A DNA stretch of 55,950 bases, counting the filler, from Platydemus manokwari (taxonomy: Eukaryota), in the NCBI GenBank assembly GCA_037951405.1. It is 4 parts of 4 records of this genome, joined end to end, with 100 filler letters (N's around TTAATTAATTAA, not from the genome) between each part and the next. Parts side by side here need not be neighbours in the genome. Positions count along the whole stretch, not along the records: positions 22,550 to 46,014 come from JBBMOY010888865.1; positions 46,115 to 55,950 come from JBBMOY011198654.1; 2 more parts are not named here. The stretch is one strand, 5' to 3'. The notes under the pieces were generated by a model. It had not been told where the DNA came from. It worked only from the letters and a program-made list of their open reading frames with translations, and ran no database searches. Each line of letters opens with the position of its first letter. Position 1 is the stretch's first letter. Both the position numbers and the translations under genes were made by a program. Below, piece after piece: positions 39,667 to 52,660 of the stretch.

Positions 39667-42600
39667 ATGGTTAAGTTTTTAATATTGAAAATTGATCACC
39701 CAAATGTATTTTTGGGTCAAGATTTATCCATATTCGAAGAAGTTAATGCAATTTGCAATCAAATGAAAATGGAAAAGTCCAAAATGTTATCCTGTAGTGA
39801 AATTGTGCTTCAAAAGGTAAAAATATTCCTACTGTTTATGACAACTTCGTTTTGTTAGATATATTTAGCAAATTTATATACAGAATTAGTTAGAATACGA
39901 GTTTTAAGTTCTATAAACTCAAATACTTATAGGTTTGCTATCATTTTTATACGATAAAGTCAAATGTATTTAAGGTGTTTATTAATTGATCATGGGAAAA
40001 TTGAAGAAATTAGAAGACAACAGTATTATTTTAAAGCAATTTAATCAAATTTATTTCTCTTAGTATATACAACATGCCACTGAATCAATTGGATATGGAT
40101 CCAGCTGTGAAAATGGTTAAAATCCCCGGCTTAAGACCTGCAGGCATGAATGATGTTCTCGAAGGTCCAAATATTAGTGTTCAATTAAGGTTTACAGAAT
40201 AATAATTAACAATCAAATTGTTTTCAATTTCTTATTTAGCGAAGTTGATAAATGGACACCGGCAAGCTACAAATTTGTTGCGCGCATATTCGAATGTAAA
40301 ATATTAATTGTTTTGTAATTTTGAACATAAATAATTATGATTTGAAAATTAATAATTGTTATTATCATTACGCAATATAATGACCATTGTTCCATTTTTT
40401 TATAGCTCATCAAGTGGTCCATGTCAATTATTTGAAGAAAATATCCAAGGATAAAATGTTAGCAGATGTTAATGTTATTTATTTGAATCGTCGAGAGAAT
40501 CTGAAAGATTTATTAATAACAGAACGATATGCATTTGTATTGAAAGATGATGAAATTGATATGAAGGGTTTGTTGATTTGATGGCATTTATTAGTGGATG
40601 ATTTGATATTGGGTCTGGTTTAGATAATCATTTATCTAATGTTGATTCGATTCATATCGAAGGGAAAAATGAAAATAAAGCCAAATATGAAGACACCTGT
40701 GATAATGAATCGTTAATAACAGTGGATTCATTGGAAAATGAATCTATTTCATGTCTGATTGATAAAATGAAAATTGATGATACAAATAATAAATCGGTAC
40801 TCACTTCAACACCATTCCAGAAAAAACATACCAAAGATATACAGAGTGATGATTTTAATTGATATTTATTAATTATTATTGATTAATTTATCATCGATTT
40901 TGTCCCTCCTTTAACACAGTAATTAGGTTTCTTAAAAAATCTGGATTTTTAAACTTTGAATAAAATTTAATCATTTTTCGAAACATATCTCCTCCGGTCT
41001 CCTTTAGCAGGACTTTTCTGACAGGAGTCTCGTTTAATATGTTAAATGAGTGACACGTATGAGTATTTCTCTGATATTAGGAATATCAGCAATTTGTAGG
41101 GCTATTTTCAGGGAAGAAATTACGTTTAATGTTTAGCAATGCTTAATAATTAATTATTATTATATTTGTATCAATAATATTCAGTTCATCTCATCTCTAT
41201 CTGGTTTCAATCATTTATTAATAACATCATTTGTTATACATTATTGATATCATTTTATTCATATTTTAATGTCATTTTTGATATAAAATGTGTTTAGGAT
41301 AAATATGTTTGATATCTGTGTTTTGCTGTCAATATCATAATTTCGTGTAATTATGAGATATTATATGGTTTTAATTAGTAGAAAGAGCTTCTAAACCACT
41401 CAATTGTTTGATTATCAGGACATTATAATCATTATTTTTAAAATTATTAATTAATTATAAATATTATTGTCAATATTCAGAATTGACTTCAGGTTAATAT
41501 AATATTGCCAGAATAAATTGTGATATAAACTATATATAATAAATGATTCATTAAAATAGATTGAAAACCCATAAAAATTATCTCAAATCAAATAAAATTA
41601 ATAAATAAATAACAAATAATAGATTTTATCATCAACTATGTTTAGTCAAACAAGAACTGTCATTCTATTTCGAGTTACTTCTAGCTAATTATAACCAAAT
41701 TTCTCATAGAGTAAACAATATATTTGCCATTATCGAAATAGCAAATCAGATTTAGTCTTAATTTATTAAAAATTTCAAAGTTAAATCTTTTTAATGTGGT
41801 TTGTGATGATATTTATCGAATCCAACTGTATCCATCATTTATTTGATTAATTTAATTGTTAATTTTTATTAATTTTATGATTAGTTTTATCAACTGAAAA
41901 TCGTGGCACTCTTGATGAATTATCATTACCAATATTACAATTGAAAGTTAAATGTTGGTCTGTATCGAAATCGATTGAAAAAGATGAAAATAATGGTCAA
42001 AATGTTACCAAATATGTCTATTCCGATACGCTTAGACCAATTATTTCATATAGAAATGATCCAATTCTAGCCAAATTTCTAAAGGATGCTATGATCGCAT
42101 ATAATACGAAACTGTTGTTATTAATTCAGGTGGGATTCTTATATAATTGTAACATTAGCTGTTATCGAATAAGATTTTATAGAATTTATAACCATTTATT
42201 ATTTATTTATTTCTCCTTCAAATTTCATTTTCAGTCTTACATGATTCCAACAATATTGCGAGGTGTCAATATTGTAGGCATTGCTCCACCTCGAAGAGGT
42301 AAATCAATTGCATTGCTAATGCCAATTTTACAAACCATAGCGACGAAACAAGTTTTACCTTCACGATCATACAATCCTTTAGCTATTATTTTGTGCTCAT
42401 CATGGAAAAAAGTTCAAGATTTTGCTAATTCGGCAGAAAAATTCATCAAATTTATTCAAGAATCGAGTAAAATTCAAAAACCGAGAATTGTTGCAGCTTA
42501 TGCAGGATCAATGAAAAAAATGGTGAATTTATAAATGAATAAAAACCAAAATAACATTACCTAGACCATGATACCCATTTTACAAGGCTGCGATATTCTT

Positions 42601-45373
42601 ATTATTACACCGAAATGTCTTCTTAGTTGGCTTAAACAACATGAATTTTTTAAATTAAATGAATTGGAAATGTTTTGCTTAGATGATGCAGAGAATATTA
42701 TTGCTGAACATTTAGATACATTAAAAGAAATATTAATATATAAACGCACGGGTGCTATTGATAGGGGTAGTGAACCTGGACAGTTTATTACTGCCACTAA
42801 TTGGACATCAGGTTTGGAATCTTATGTGAAGCACGAAATGGGAAATGTGTTCTCGATTGTAGTCAATGATCCTTTGGAATTAGCTGTTATTGAAAGAATG
42901 CAACAGGTAATTTTTCTTCTAAATTGTTGTTTATTTGGTTTTATTTGAAAATTATTTGTCCTTTTCAAATTAGGATTCCTATACACATATATAATCATAT
43001 ATTATTTCCATATCATGTTTCTAAGCTATTAATTTTATGATACAGTAATTATCGATAAAATAATTGGGTTTGTATATTGATTGAGACTCAACTGATCGAA
43101 ATTGTTACATGATATGTCAATAGTGCATTTAATATGTGAATATTTATAATATTTCATTATTTATACTGTTTTGTATATTTATTTGGCAATGAAGTTTTAT
43201 GTATGAATTTTTAAATTTTATTGGTGGTATGCCATCATTATTCTTTATTATTTTCTATCAAATATTTTTATGGATATTACACAATATTTATTTTTAAAAT
43301 CATTTTTCGATCCATTGACAAAACCATATTAGCACAATATCAAAAATTTCTGTTGAATAAAGCCCACTTTGTTGGCTTTTAATGATTATCTGACCATAAC
43401 AACTAATCAAATGGACATTATTACAGTATCAATTTAAATATTATAATACAAAATATGTTATAGTATCGAATCCTGAATGATTATACTTAAGTTTATATTA
43501 TTATAGATTTACTCTCCAGAAAATTAAATTCACAATAGACATCTCATATTATTGTAAATCACGTTTTATGTTTAATATTAAATAATACTTTCAATTTAAA
43601 ATTTGATTATTAAATCTAGAATGAAAATCATTCTGACCTTGTTTTCAGTATTTATTGGTGTTAGGATATTTGAAAATTTAATTTAAAAGTTGAAACAAAA
43701 TTAAATTGTTGATATTATTTATTATTTAAATATGCGAATATTTTTGTAGAAAATTATCGAATATGATGATATTGAAGGAGATTTGTATCAGAAATTAGTA
43801 GCATATCTGGAATTAACAGAATCATCTATTAAAAGAACGATTATATTTGCTAGTGATGATTATGAAATAGCATCAGTTTATAAATATTTAATGCAAAAGG
43901 CCAGAGCCGACCTAAAATTAATGACTGGCTCAATGAGTCCGGAAGAATTGAGTTTGATGGTTAAAGAATGGAATCAATATCGAGGATATGTAAATATTCC
44001 CATATTATGTAAGATTGGAAATTTGAAAATATTTTTCATGAACATTTCTATTAATAATTTATTGAACATTCTACGATTTTTTTTTCCAATAATTTCATAA
44101 TTTATTCAGATAAGTTTGTGATTTAGCACATAATATTCTTGTATTATTTCAATGAGAAAATAAGAGTTATTTTTTAAATCATTGAAAATCAAATACAATA
44201 AAACAATACTGTAAGGTGTTGTAAATTCTGTACCCTATATGTGATAAGTGATGATGATCTTCTATAGTGTAATCAAATAATATTCATTTTTTAATTTTCG
44301 TTTGCATAAATACTTTGCGCTTTTTCTTATATGAATATTTATTTGAATGTATCAAAACCTTCTCTATAACATGTTTTGTCATTTCTATATACAATATTGT
44401 GTTTATAAAATTTTCTATTCAACTTTAGATTTGTTTATTTTATTTTTTCAATATTTATATTTTTTTATAATTGTTCTAATAAGTTAAAAATAGGCAATCT
44501 ATAATAGCAAAAATCTTCATTAATTATTGGTTTAGTTTTTCAATAGAAATAAATACAATGTTGTATGTCACATAAGAGATGTGAATTATTCTGTCTTTAT
44601 AATAACAATATTTTTACAAATGAGTATTTTAATCAATACTTTATCTTGACTTTTAGTGATTTCTGATGAAGCCCTTAGATGTAGTGATGTTTCAATATTC
44701 AATGCCGACATCATTATACATGTTGATATCAATGAATTAAGTTTCGGAAGTCGTCTTAATTTTCTTCGTGATAAATACTCAGAGTTATCATTTTTGAAGT
44801 CAAAAGATGAGAAACATTCTCAAGAATCTAAAAAATTTAATTCATTTATTTTTATTTGTCCCAAAACAATTAATTTATTGACTGCAAATTTTCTTTATAA
44901 ATTTTTGGGTCGATGTAATTCAGCAAGGCCGGCGTGGTTGCAAGAAAAGGCCATTGATTGCATTTTGGTAACTTTCATTTGAATATTAAACAATCTCAAA
45001 ATTCCCAAATCATTACAGAGCAAAGAAAAATCAAAAGGAGTTAATGAAATTTGTCCGAGAATTAAAGGGTTTGGTGAATGCAAATTACCAGCCTGCGCTA
45101 AGCGTCACATGGTTATGTCTAATATTGATAAACCATTATTACCAAATAGTGGTCATATACAAGTGGATATTTTTAACTGAAATATTTGCTTTATCTCCTT
45201 TTTCAAGTTTCGCTTATTACATTTGGAATCACCATCACATTTCTATGTAAGAATAACGGAATTTAAAAATGTTTCTGGTGACGATATAAGTTATAAATCT
45301 CAATATCTGAGTTTAAAAATGAAAATGTGCAATTACTTTACCAATCCTCAAAATATACAGGGTGTCAATCTGA
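39667..45373 (+). CDS. TDRD12: TDRD12 / Yb-family piRNA factor: N-terminal extended Tudor, degenerate DEAD-box helicase, CCCH finger, start of second Tudor; 3' end lost at the gap
   Basis: Fourteen phase-consistent exons: 39667-39816, 39859-39932, 39975-40022, 40064-40189, 40240-40295, 40406-40567, 40624-40845, 41885-42129, 42235-42522, 42565-42906, 43750-44008, 44657-44967, 45019-45162, 45208-45373. The start MVKFLILKIDHPNVF resembles TDRD12 MLQLLVLKIEDPGCF. Other motifs: CLLIDHG, KWTPAS, helicase motifs IQ/APPRRGKS/ITPKCL/LDDAE/TAT, CPRIKGFGECKLPACAKRH, LESPSHFYVRI. Confidence 0.88.
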
Positions 45374-46014
45374 GTTAGTTTAAATTTTTATTTGAGATCA
45401 TTATTCAACTACTGACATTATTATTATTGTTTTATTATTATCATTATTAGTTTCTATCTTAACTTTCAAGGTCAATTGAAATAATGTTTAATATTGCATT
45501 ACAATCAATATAATGTGTCAACGAAATATTTTAACGAAAATATCATTTACATTATGCCTGGATAAAACATATTTGGTTTGTCAAAGCTGCATATAAATAT
45601 ATTTTTATTTTTACATAATTATTGCACAAAAATAAATCTAAAATCTTTGATATAAATAATTATATCCATCATTAATATGTTTGATATGTTTGTTGTGGAA
45701 TATTGTGGAAGTCTTTCAAATTAAATGAATAAACTGAAAGTTTTACAAATAATTTTAATACGTCCTCATATATAATATGTTCGAATCCTTGTTTTATATA
45801 TTTATAATCAATTCATTCGAAGAATAGTTCCTGATCAAACAAGAATTCTGATAAAATTAGATCACAGAAAGTAATAAACAGTTTGATTATTCTTTATGGT
45901 TTCTTATTGATCTATTATAACACATTAAATAATTTGAAAATATATATTGGGTCTATAACTTAATAACCGGAATTTGACACCAGATGTAAACACTTGTGTG
46001 TGTGCTGTAGCAAA

Positions 46015-46114
46015 NNNNNNNNNNNNNNNNNNNNNNNNNNNNNNNNNNNNNNNNNNNNTTAATTAATTAANNNNNNNNNNNNNNNNNNNNNNNNNNNNNN
46101 NNNNNNNNNNNNNN
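46015..46114. other. Assembly gap with artificial TTAATTAATTAA spacer
   Basis: 44 N + 12 nt + 44 N; the TDRD12 model cannot be followed past it. Confidence 0.97.
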
Positions 46115-48328
46115 ATATCAATAATTAAAATTATCTTTTCTCATAATTATACAGTTTTGCTAATAAATAATATAAAAGTCGCGTAATAAATTAATTTGAG
46201 TAAATTATGTTAATTCTTTTACTTTATCAATTTAAGAGAAAAACTAGAGTTATCGTTATTTAAAAATCAATGTTTTAAAAAATATTTATAGTGGTTAATT
46301 AGCACGAACTATTTCATTAATAATCATTTACTTGAATTACAGAAATCTTCGACAGAAAAATTGGTCTGTGTGCCCTAAGACAATCGATTAAGTCTAAAAT
46401 AGCCAATATATAAACTATTACTAAATCCATTTTTAATATTGTTTGAACTTACCAAGCATTTATAATGAAGTCTAAAATTTTATTGTTTGGTAAAACGGTT
46501 ACATAATAAAATATTCAAATTTTGATCTTTTACTTATTAATAAATTACATAGATTGTGCTTTTTATATTTTAATTTCTATATTATGTAATTCGTTTATTA
46601 ATTTAACATTAGGAAATTACTAAAAAATTCTTAATAATAAATTATTACAATTCAATATAATAATTCATAAAATTACGAGCTTATAAATTCAATAAATGTG
46701 AATTAATCCAATGTTAGTCAAGTTCAATGTTGTTCTGATCTAATAAAGAGTTTAATAATTAATGAAGATATTACTATCACTAAGGGATAAATAAAGATAA
46801 TTTTAAAATTTTGATCAACTTAATTATTGTCTTATAAAAATTTGTTGTGATCATTAGAATATTGCATTGACATTCAATAGATCATAAATCCCTTTAACGT
46901 AGGACTATTAGTCGAATGAATACAAATAGTTATATTTTAAATGAGGTATTATCGCAATTATAACCCTGTTGAAATTTGAAAATCAATTGTTTCTATTTGT
47001 GGAATATGTTAACAATAAATTTAACTCCAACAGAATAAGCACGAAATTTTTTTGTTTTTGCTACCAAACTAAATCATCATACTGGGTTAGAAGTCCTTTA
47101 GCGAATATTTTAAAGACTGCCAGTCACAATTACATCCCGAACCTACTTTACCTATTTCAATGTGTTAGCATTTTCATAAAAAATGTCAGTTAAGAAGACT
47201 TAGACGAGTATCTTCATAATTTTTATAATTAAATTGTCGAATCTCAAAAGTTTCAACAAATAATCTTTATTGTAGATTTCTTTATTTTGTCATGGTTTTT
47301 ATTAAATCGATCCGTTCTGTAAACATTCAGACAATATATTAATTGATGGCTCATATTTTGTTAATTTGATTGTTCGCATTCATAACACAAGTCATCTGTG
47401 ATTCTGATTATTCTGTGTGATTTGATAAAATTCAAAGTTATAAACGTCTGCTCATAACCATGAGGTGTGCTCGAATATCACCATGAAGCGTTTGGAACTG
47501 TCGAAATTAGAGATGAAGAGACATGACATAATTTACTATATTTGTAACAATTTTGAGTATATCATCTAAGTTTTTAATACTTTCTTTTGCGAAAAGAGCT
47601 TCTTGATGAATTATATGATGAAAGATATAATTTAAGGTTTTATATCATTCATAAATAACTCTCTGGAGTCCAATATTGACCATACATGGCTCTTTCACTA
47701 GTGATCGAAACTATCTTTCAGATTTAATACTTCGTGTCAAAAAGCACTTTCACAACATTGAAGATGTCTACTCCTTCTATAATAATAAAAATCAATCTCA
47801 CCAATTCTATAAAGTTTATCGGAATATGTTGATGATTTTTATATTTTTCTTGTATGTTTAATTAGCTTGTTAACAAGATTAGAAATTTAGAAATCACAAT
47901 TTTTTGGTCCATATCATGCATAATAATTTTTGCTAATTTAAGAACTTTTACCCATATTCAGTAATAAAATGGATTTCTTATTGATGTGATCACTAGACAA
48001 ACTTTTAGAAAAATTTAAAATACAGGCTTTCAAAATGTTATTATTTATTTAATAATAATTTAATTGAAGAGGGACAAACTCGAGAAGAAACACATGCAAT
48101 CAAAATTCAAGTCTTATCACAAATTCCAATTCTAATCACAACATATACAAATCCAAATCTAACTTTCAATCCTGATATAACAACAATTAAATATACAACA
48201 ACAATCCAGTATACAAGTCCCTAGATGTGTAATCTAATCCTCAAATATTCCAAGTAACTAAAAATTAAACTTACTGTATTGACTCATTAATTAGTTTCAA
48301 CTTCTTACTTACCTTAACTATATTTTAC

Positions 48329-48583
48329 CAGTGAATATTTTTATTTTATTCCTTGGTTCACAATTTGGATAATAATTATTTACGGTATTATATGTAAAAT
48401 TGTGATGCCAAATTGAAAAACCAATCCATTTAACACTCCACCAACTTGTTGCTGCGGGACAAACAATTTTTGTTGTAATAATCAATTCATATAAACTTAA
48501 TTCAGTTAAAATTTCCGGCAACATTAACTCCTTACGCTTTACTGAGACCCTCCCTGTAAGATCAGTGAAAATTTCAACCACAA
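48329..48583 (-). CDS. Candidate internal exon of an unknown gene
   Basis: An acceptor (ttgttttaacag) and a donor (gtaaaa) flank an open frame VVEIFTDLTGRVSVKRKELMLPEILTELSLYELIITTKIVCPAATSWWSVKW...; no family was confidently recognised. Confidence 0.35.
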
Positions 48584-50675
48584 CTGTTAAAACAAAACAT
48601 GACCTACTGGTTTAATAGTAACATTTTAAACTAGATTTCAATCTCTTCGTTGCAATCGGTATTTACCTCTATCAAATGCTCACTACCTATCATTTGGGCC
48701 TGAATTCGATATTTATTTATTATAATCATATTGATAATCATCATTGCCAGCACTTGATAAGCAATTGACAAACTAATGTGATTCATAAAAGCAAAGTGAT
48801 CGTGTGGTGAATAAAATTCAGGATCATTGGAAAAAAGTTGATTTATCGTACAATCCCATAAGTTTAGAGTAAATAAAGTCAATTTTTCCGAAAAATTATA
48901 ATCGAATAAAAACTAAAATTAACGAATAAAACTTTTGATGATTTTGTTACTAATGATGAATGTCAAAATTATAATTAATCACAATATTATACGTTAATAA
49001 AAATGTCATATTATCACTACCCAAAATCGGTCACAAAATAGCAAATCTCATAATCAATTCACAACGGGATCATCATCTGAAGGATAAAATAGTGACGACC
49101 AAAAAATTATCATCAGAATAATCACGCAAAAGAATAATTCAGACGAAAATTAACAACCAAGAAAAGCCGGAAGTCACTTCCTAGGTATGACAACTGTGTC
49201 TGTTACCAGTTGGCTTAACCTTTTATATTCACTGAAACAGTGTGCCTAATAGTTTGTCAATAAATTCTTTTCTAACTCTCATTCCATTGAATAATCTTGA
49301 TGTTTGTTACCTCTTGTTGATGTGCGTCAATTGATAATAGAATTCTGTCGTATTCAATAATCGAATATATTTCAAAGTTATTTAAAAATTTAAGCATCTC
49401 AGTTACTGATGTCCTTATTTCAGCTGAGTGAATTTGTTCGTCACATAGGCTGGTTTAACTCCCAAAGAAGCTTTAATAATCGATTTTCCTGGAAATTTTG
49501 TTTCCTTGGATATTGGCATTTTCGGATCTTATGTATTGAATATTAATTGAAGAAACGAAATTCAAAGATATTAAATTATCGGATTTCTAATAAACACATT
49601 TCGCATTGGAAAATTGACTTGGTAAGTTTCTTTGGTAGCTAACGATAATAAGTGATTATTTATTTGTTTATACACCACAGATACAAAGAGAAATGTTATT
49701 ATTCTATGCATATTTATAGAGCTTAACTGCAATTTTTTTGTATTCTTAATACAATTGTAATTATATATTTGTTGTTCAACAAAGACAAACTAATTACCCA
49801 AGTAGGCACCAACATTTATTTCTCTTTGATAAATAGCCCTGTCGGAAAAACAAATGTCTAATTACCACATTGATCGTCAATAGTTGTACAATTTCCTCTC
49901 CTTGTCAATATATCTTTTCCATTTTGACACCCTTAGCAATCATAAACAGGTGGCAAAGTTTTAATTTCTACAACATTAAGACAATACTTTGAATTCTATA
50001 AACGCATGATATTACAAATTTTAAAAAAGTTCATCTTTTACTACAAAAACCTTTAAAACAAAGTCAATTTAATAAATAATCTAGATATTACGCGATTTGA
50101 GATTTTTTTTGAAGTAAAACATTTTCGAAGAAGTAATCGAACAAATTATTCATTCCTTCATAAAATAAACATAAAAATTCTTGTTTTATTCATGCATTAA
50201 TGATGAATACAGAAAGTTCTATAAAACTCACTTTGCAAATGCCTTTTTGAATAAAAGACCAATACAATAATGAAATGAAAGAATTATGTATATATATGCA
50301 GCATGATAGAAGCGAAATTAAATTTCACATAACTAGATAAAATTCAATATAAATATTTATAATAGAGAGATTTTCTGAATTGAAACGAATATCAAATCAA
50401 AAACAATATTCCTGTTTTTTCCATAAATGCTTGATTATAACATAACACACACATTGCGTCATTCAAGAAATCATTATTGATTACCAAAAATTGAAGAGAA
50501 ACAGTGGTTTTTTTTTATAACTAAAATAATTATAATATTGGCCAAATGATTCCTCCCTTGTAGAGTGTGTAGATCGTAAGGAATCAACTGTAAGGAGTCA
50601 ACGCAGCAAAACCCTGCGGATAGATGCACAGTTCAGTGAAACTTATTCCTGTTTTAATCTAATTCAGATAAATGA

Positions 50676-51389
50676 TTATTTTCCGTTGACATAAACGTGT
50701 TTAGGAATTGCAGGGCTGGAATCTCCTGATCGCAGCAAAGGGGGGTTGGAAGGGGCAACTGTTGATACTATGTTTGACACTGATGTACCAGTCATTCGAG
50801 AACGAGGATTATTTGTCATCATATTGTCCGATTTAGAGCTTATAGATGATTTGTAAACTGTTGCTACAGAAGGACTCACGCTCTGCAAAGACGAAGAATG
50901 GATGTTGAAGAGCCCATAGCTGGTTAATGATGTTTGGAACGAACTCGGTTGATTTATCATCGAATTGGGTGGTGGAGTAGACAGAATTTTTTGGTATGGT
51001 GTAATGGGTGCAGATACCGTAGCTGGTATTGGGGAAATCGATGTATGCTTATAAAAATTATTATCAGTTTGCCTGGTGAATGATGAAACTGGAATAGAAT
51101 TTGACATGGAAACGTTTGGTAATTGACGACGACTATTGGATGGCGATTTGGTGGTTAATGACGAAGTACATTGACCAGGAGTTGACATACTGGTTTTAGG
51201 GTCATATGTTTTCCATAGAAGTGATTCCGGTTGTTTGTTGGTTCTAGTCTTTGAGGTTGAATTGTTAATTGAAGATATCTGAGCAACAATGGTATCTGTT
51301 GAAGTGCTGGATATATTCGTGGAAATGGATTCTTTTGGCTGAGAGTATTTATTAGCATGTCTACAAATATATTTCTTTGCATCAATCAT
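50676..51389 (-). CDS. Ser/Thr/Pro-rich low-complexity coding exon (237-aa ORF), probably the 3' part of a larger gene
   Basis: A long ORF with elevated GC in an AT-rich context. A probable acceptor atatttgtag at 51361-51370 suggests the exon starts at 51360. Confidence 0.65.
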   Translation of the reverse strand: MIDAKKYICRHANKYSQPKESISTNISSTSTDTIVAQISSINNSTSKTRTNKQPESLLWKTYDPKTSMSTPGQCTSSLTTKSPSNSRRQLPNVSMSNSIPVSSFTRQTDNNFYKHTSISPIPATVSAPITPYQKILSTPPPNSMINQPSSFQTSLTSYGLFNIHSSSLQSVSPSVATVYKSSISSKSDNMMTNNPRSRMTGTSVSNIVSTVAPSNPPLLRSGDSSPAIPKHVYVNGK

Positions 51390-52317
51390 GTTGAAAATTA
51401 TTGTATAATAATAATGTTATTATAATAATTTATAAAAGAATTGTTATCAATAATTCAACACAGTGATGGGCTATTAAAACAACATTTCAAATGCTGAAAT
51501 ATAGCGGCTTTAAAAAGCTGGAAGAAATAAAATATGGGTTTCTAGAATGAAACTATCCACATTCAGCCATTCACGAACGATTAAAATAAAATATGAAGGG
51601 GTACCACCATTCATGAATAAAAATCGAGTCTTCAATTTTATTCAAATTAGGGAGAATTTCCTATATTTCATCTTATAGCGAAGGATTAAAGAACCATCTA
51701 TTCTACATTTCACAGAATTCTGAAATAAAATGGGGATAATGTTTTGACTTTGATAATTCTCCAAAATCCTTCGCTTAAATAATAAATAAATAACTTAATC
51801 TAAAAACACAAATTATAAACAATACAATGATGACTCGCACTACTACAAAGATGATTTTCAGATAAAAACCTATAGTTTAATTAAAATCAATTAAGTAATA
51901 TAACATTGTTTCGCTAAGGTGATTAACCAGACTAAATATCACTTGAGATAATAGACATATAATTATTTGGCAATTTCACCAGATCTAATATTCATTGCAC
52001 GAGATAAAACTTTGAGATATTGAATCATAAAATTATAAAGTATTGATGCAAAAGACATTTCTGAGTAATATTCCTACTTCATGCTATCAAGAAATTCGAT
52101 TAAAATATACTCTTTTTGTCTCTATGAGTAGAAAATTTAATGTTTCCAATATTATTTATTATTTACCATCGATTCATAAGTCTCCACCTCTAAAACTAAA
52201 ATAAAACAACAAAACAATATAATTTATACTCATATTTATATTTACTTATATTAATTATTATTCTCATATTTGTGTACACTATTATTATTTCTTATTAATC
52301 AGTTGCATTATTACAAT

Positions 52318-52660
52318 ATGACGGAAGCAGCTGGTTATGTTAACTTTTCGCTTGCGAAAGCCATGAAATAGTGTACCAGAGTACTGCCAAAGCTTGTCAA
52401 GAATTTCAACAACATTTCAATCGTGCACCACCAGCTAGGACAACAGTGCAATACTGGAAACAGAAATTTGAAGTAACTAAAAATTTATCCACCAAGTTGC
52501 GATCAGGAAGACTGTCTGATGAAATCATGAAGGAAAAGTTGGTAAATTTTGTAAAAAGAGAATGATGACACAAACCAACGAGAAACTGCACGTTAGTGTG
52601 TGACTTCATAAACTTCTGTTCACAGATATCTCAGAACGAAAAAATAAAACCTTTCAAATA
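52318..52660 (+). mobile_element. Tc1/mariner-superfamily transposase N-terminal (HTH) remnant, frameshifted
   Basis: S.AKACQEFQQHFNRAPPARTTVQYWKQKFEVTKNLSTKLRSGR...TRKL...TSVHRYLRTKKIKPFK fits the DUF4817-type HTH + RSGRP + second HTH pattern. It contains stops and frameshifts, and no DDD domain was seen. Confidence 0.75.

Noticed and set aside
40568-40594. Apparent 27-nt ultra-short intron in TDRD12
   Set aside because: Using the AG at 40594 leads to a stop; the AG at 40623 (56-nt intron) restores the frame.
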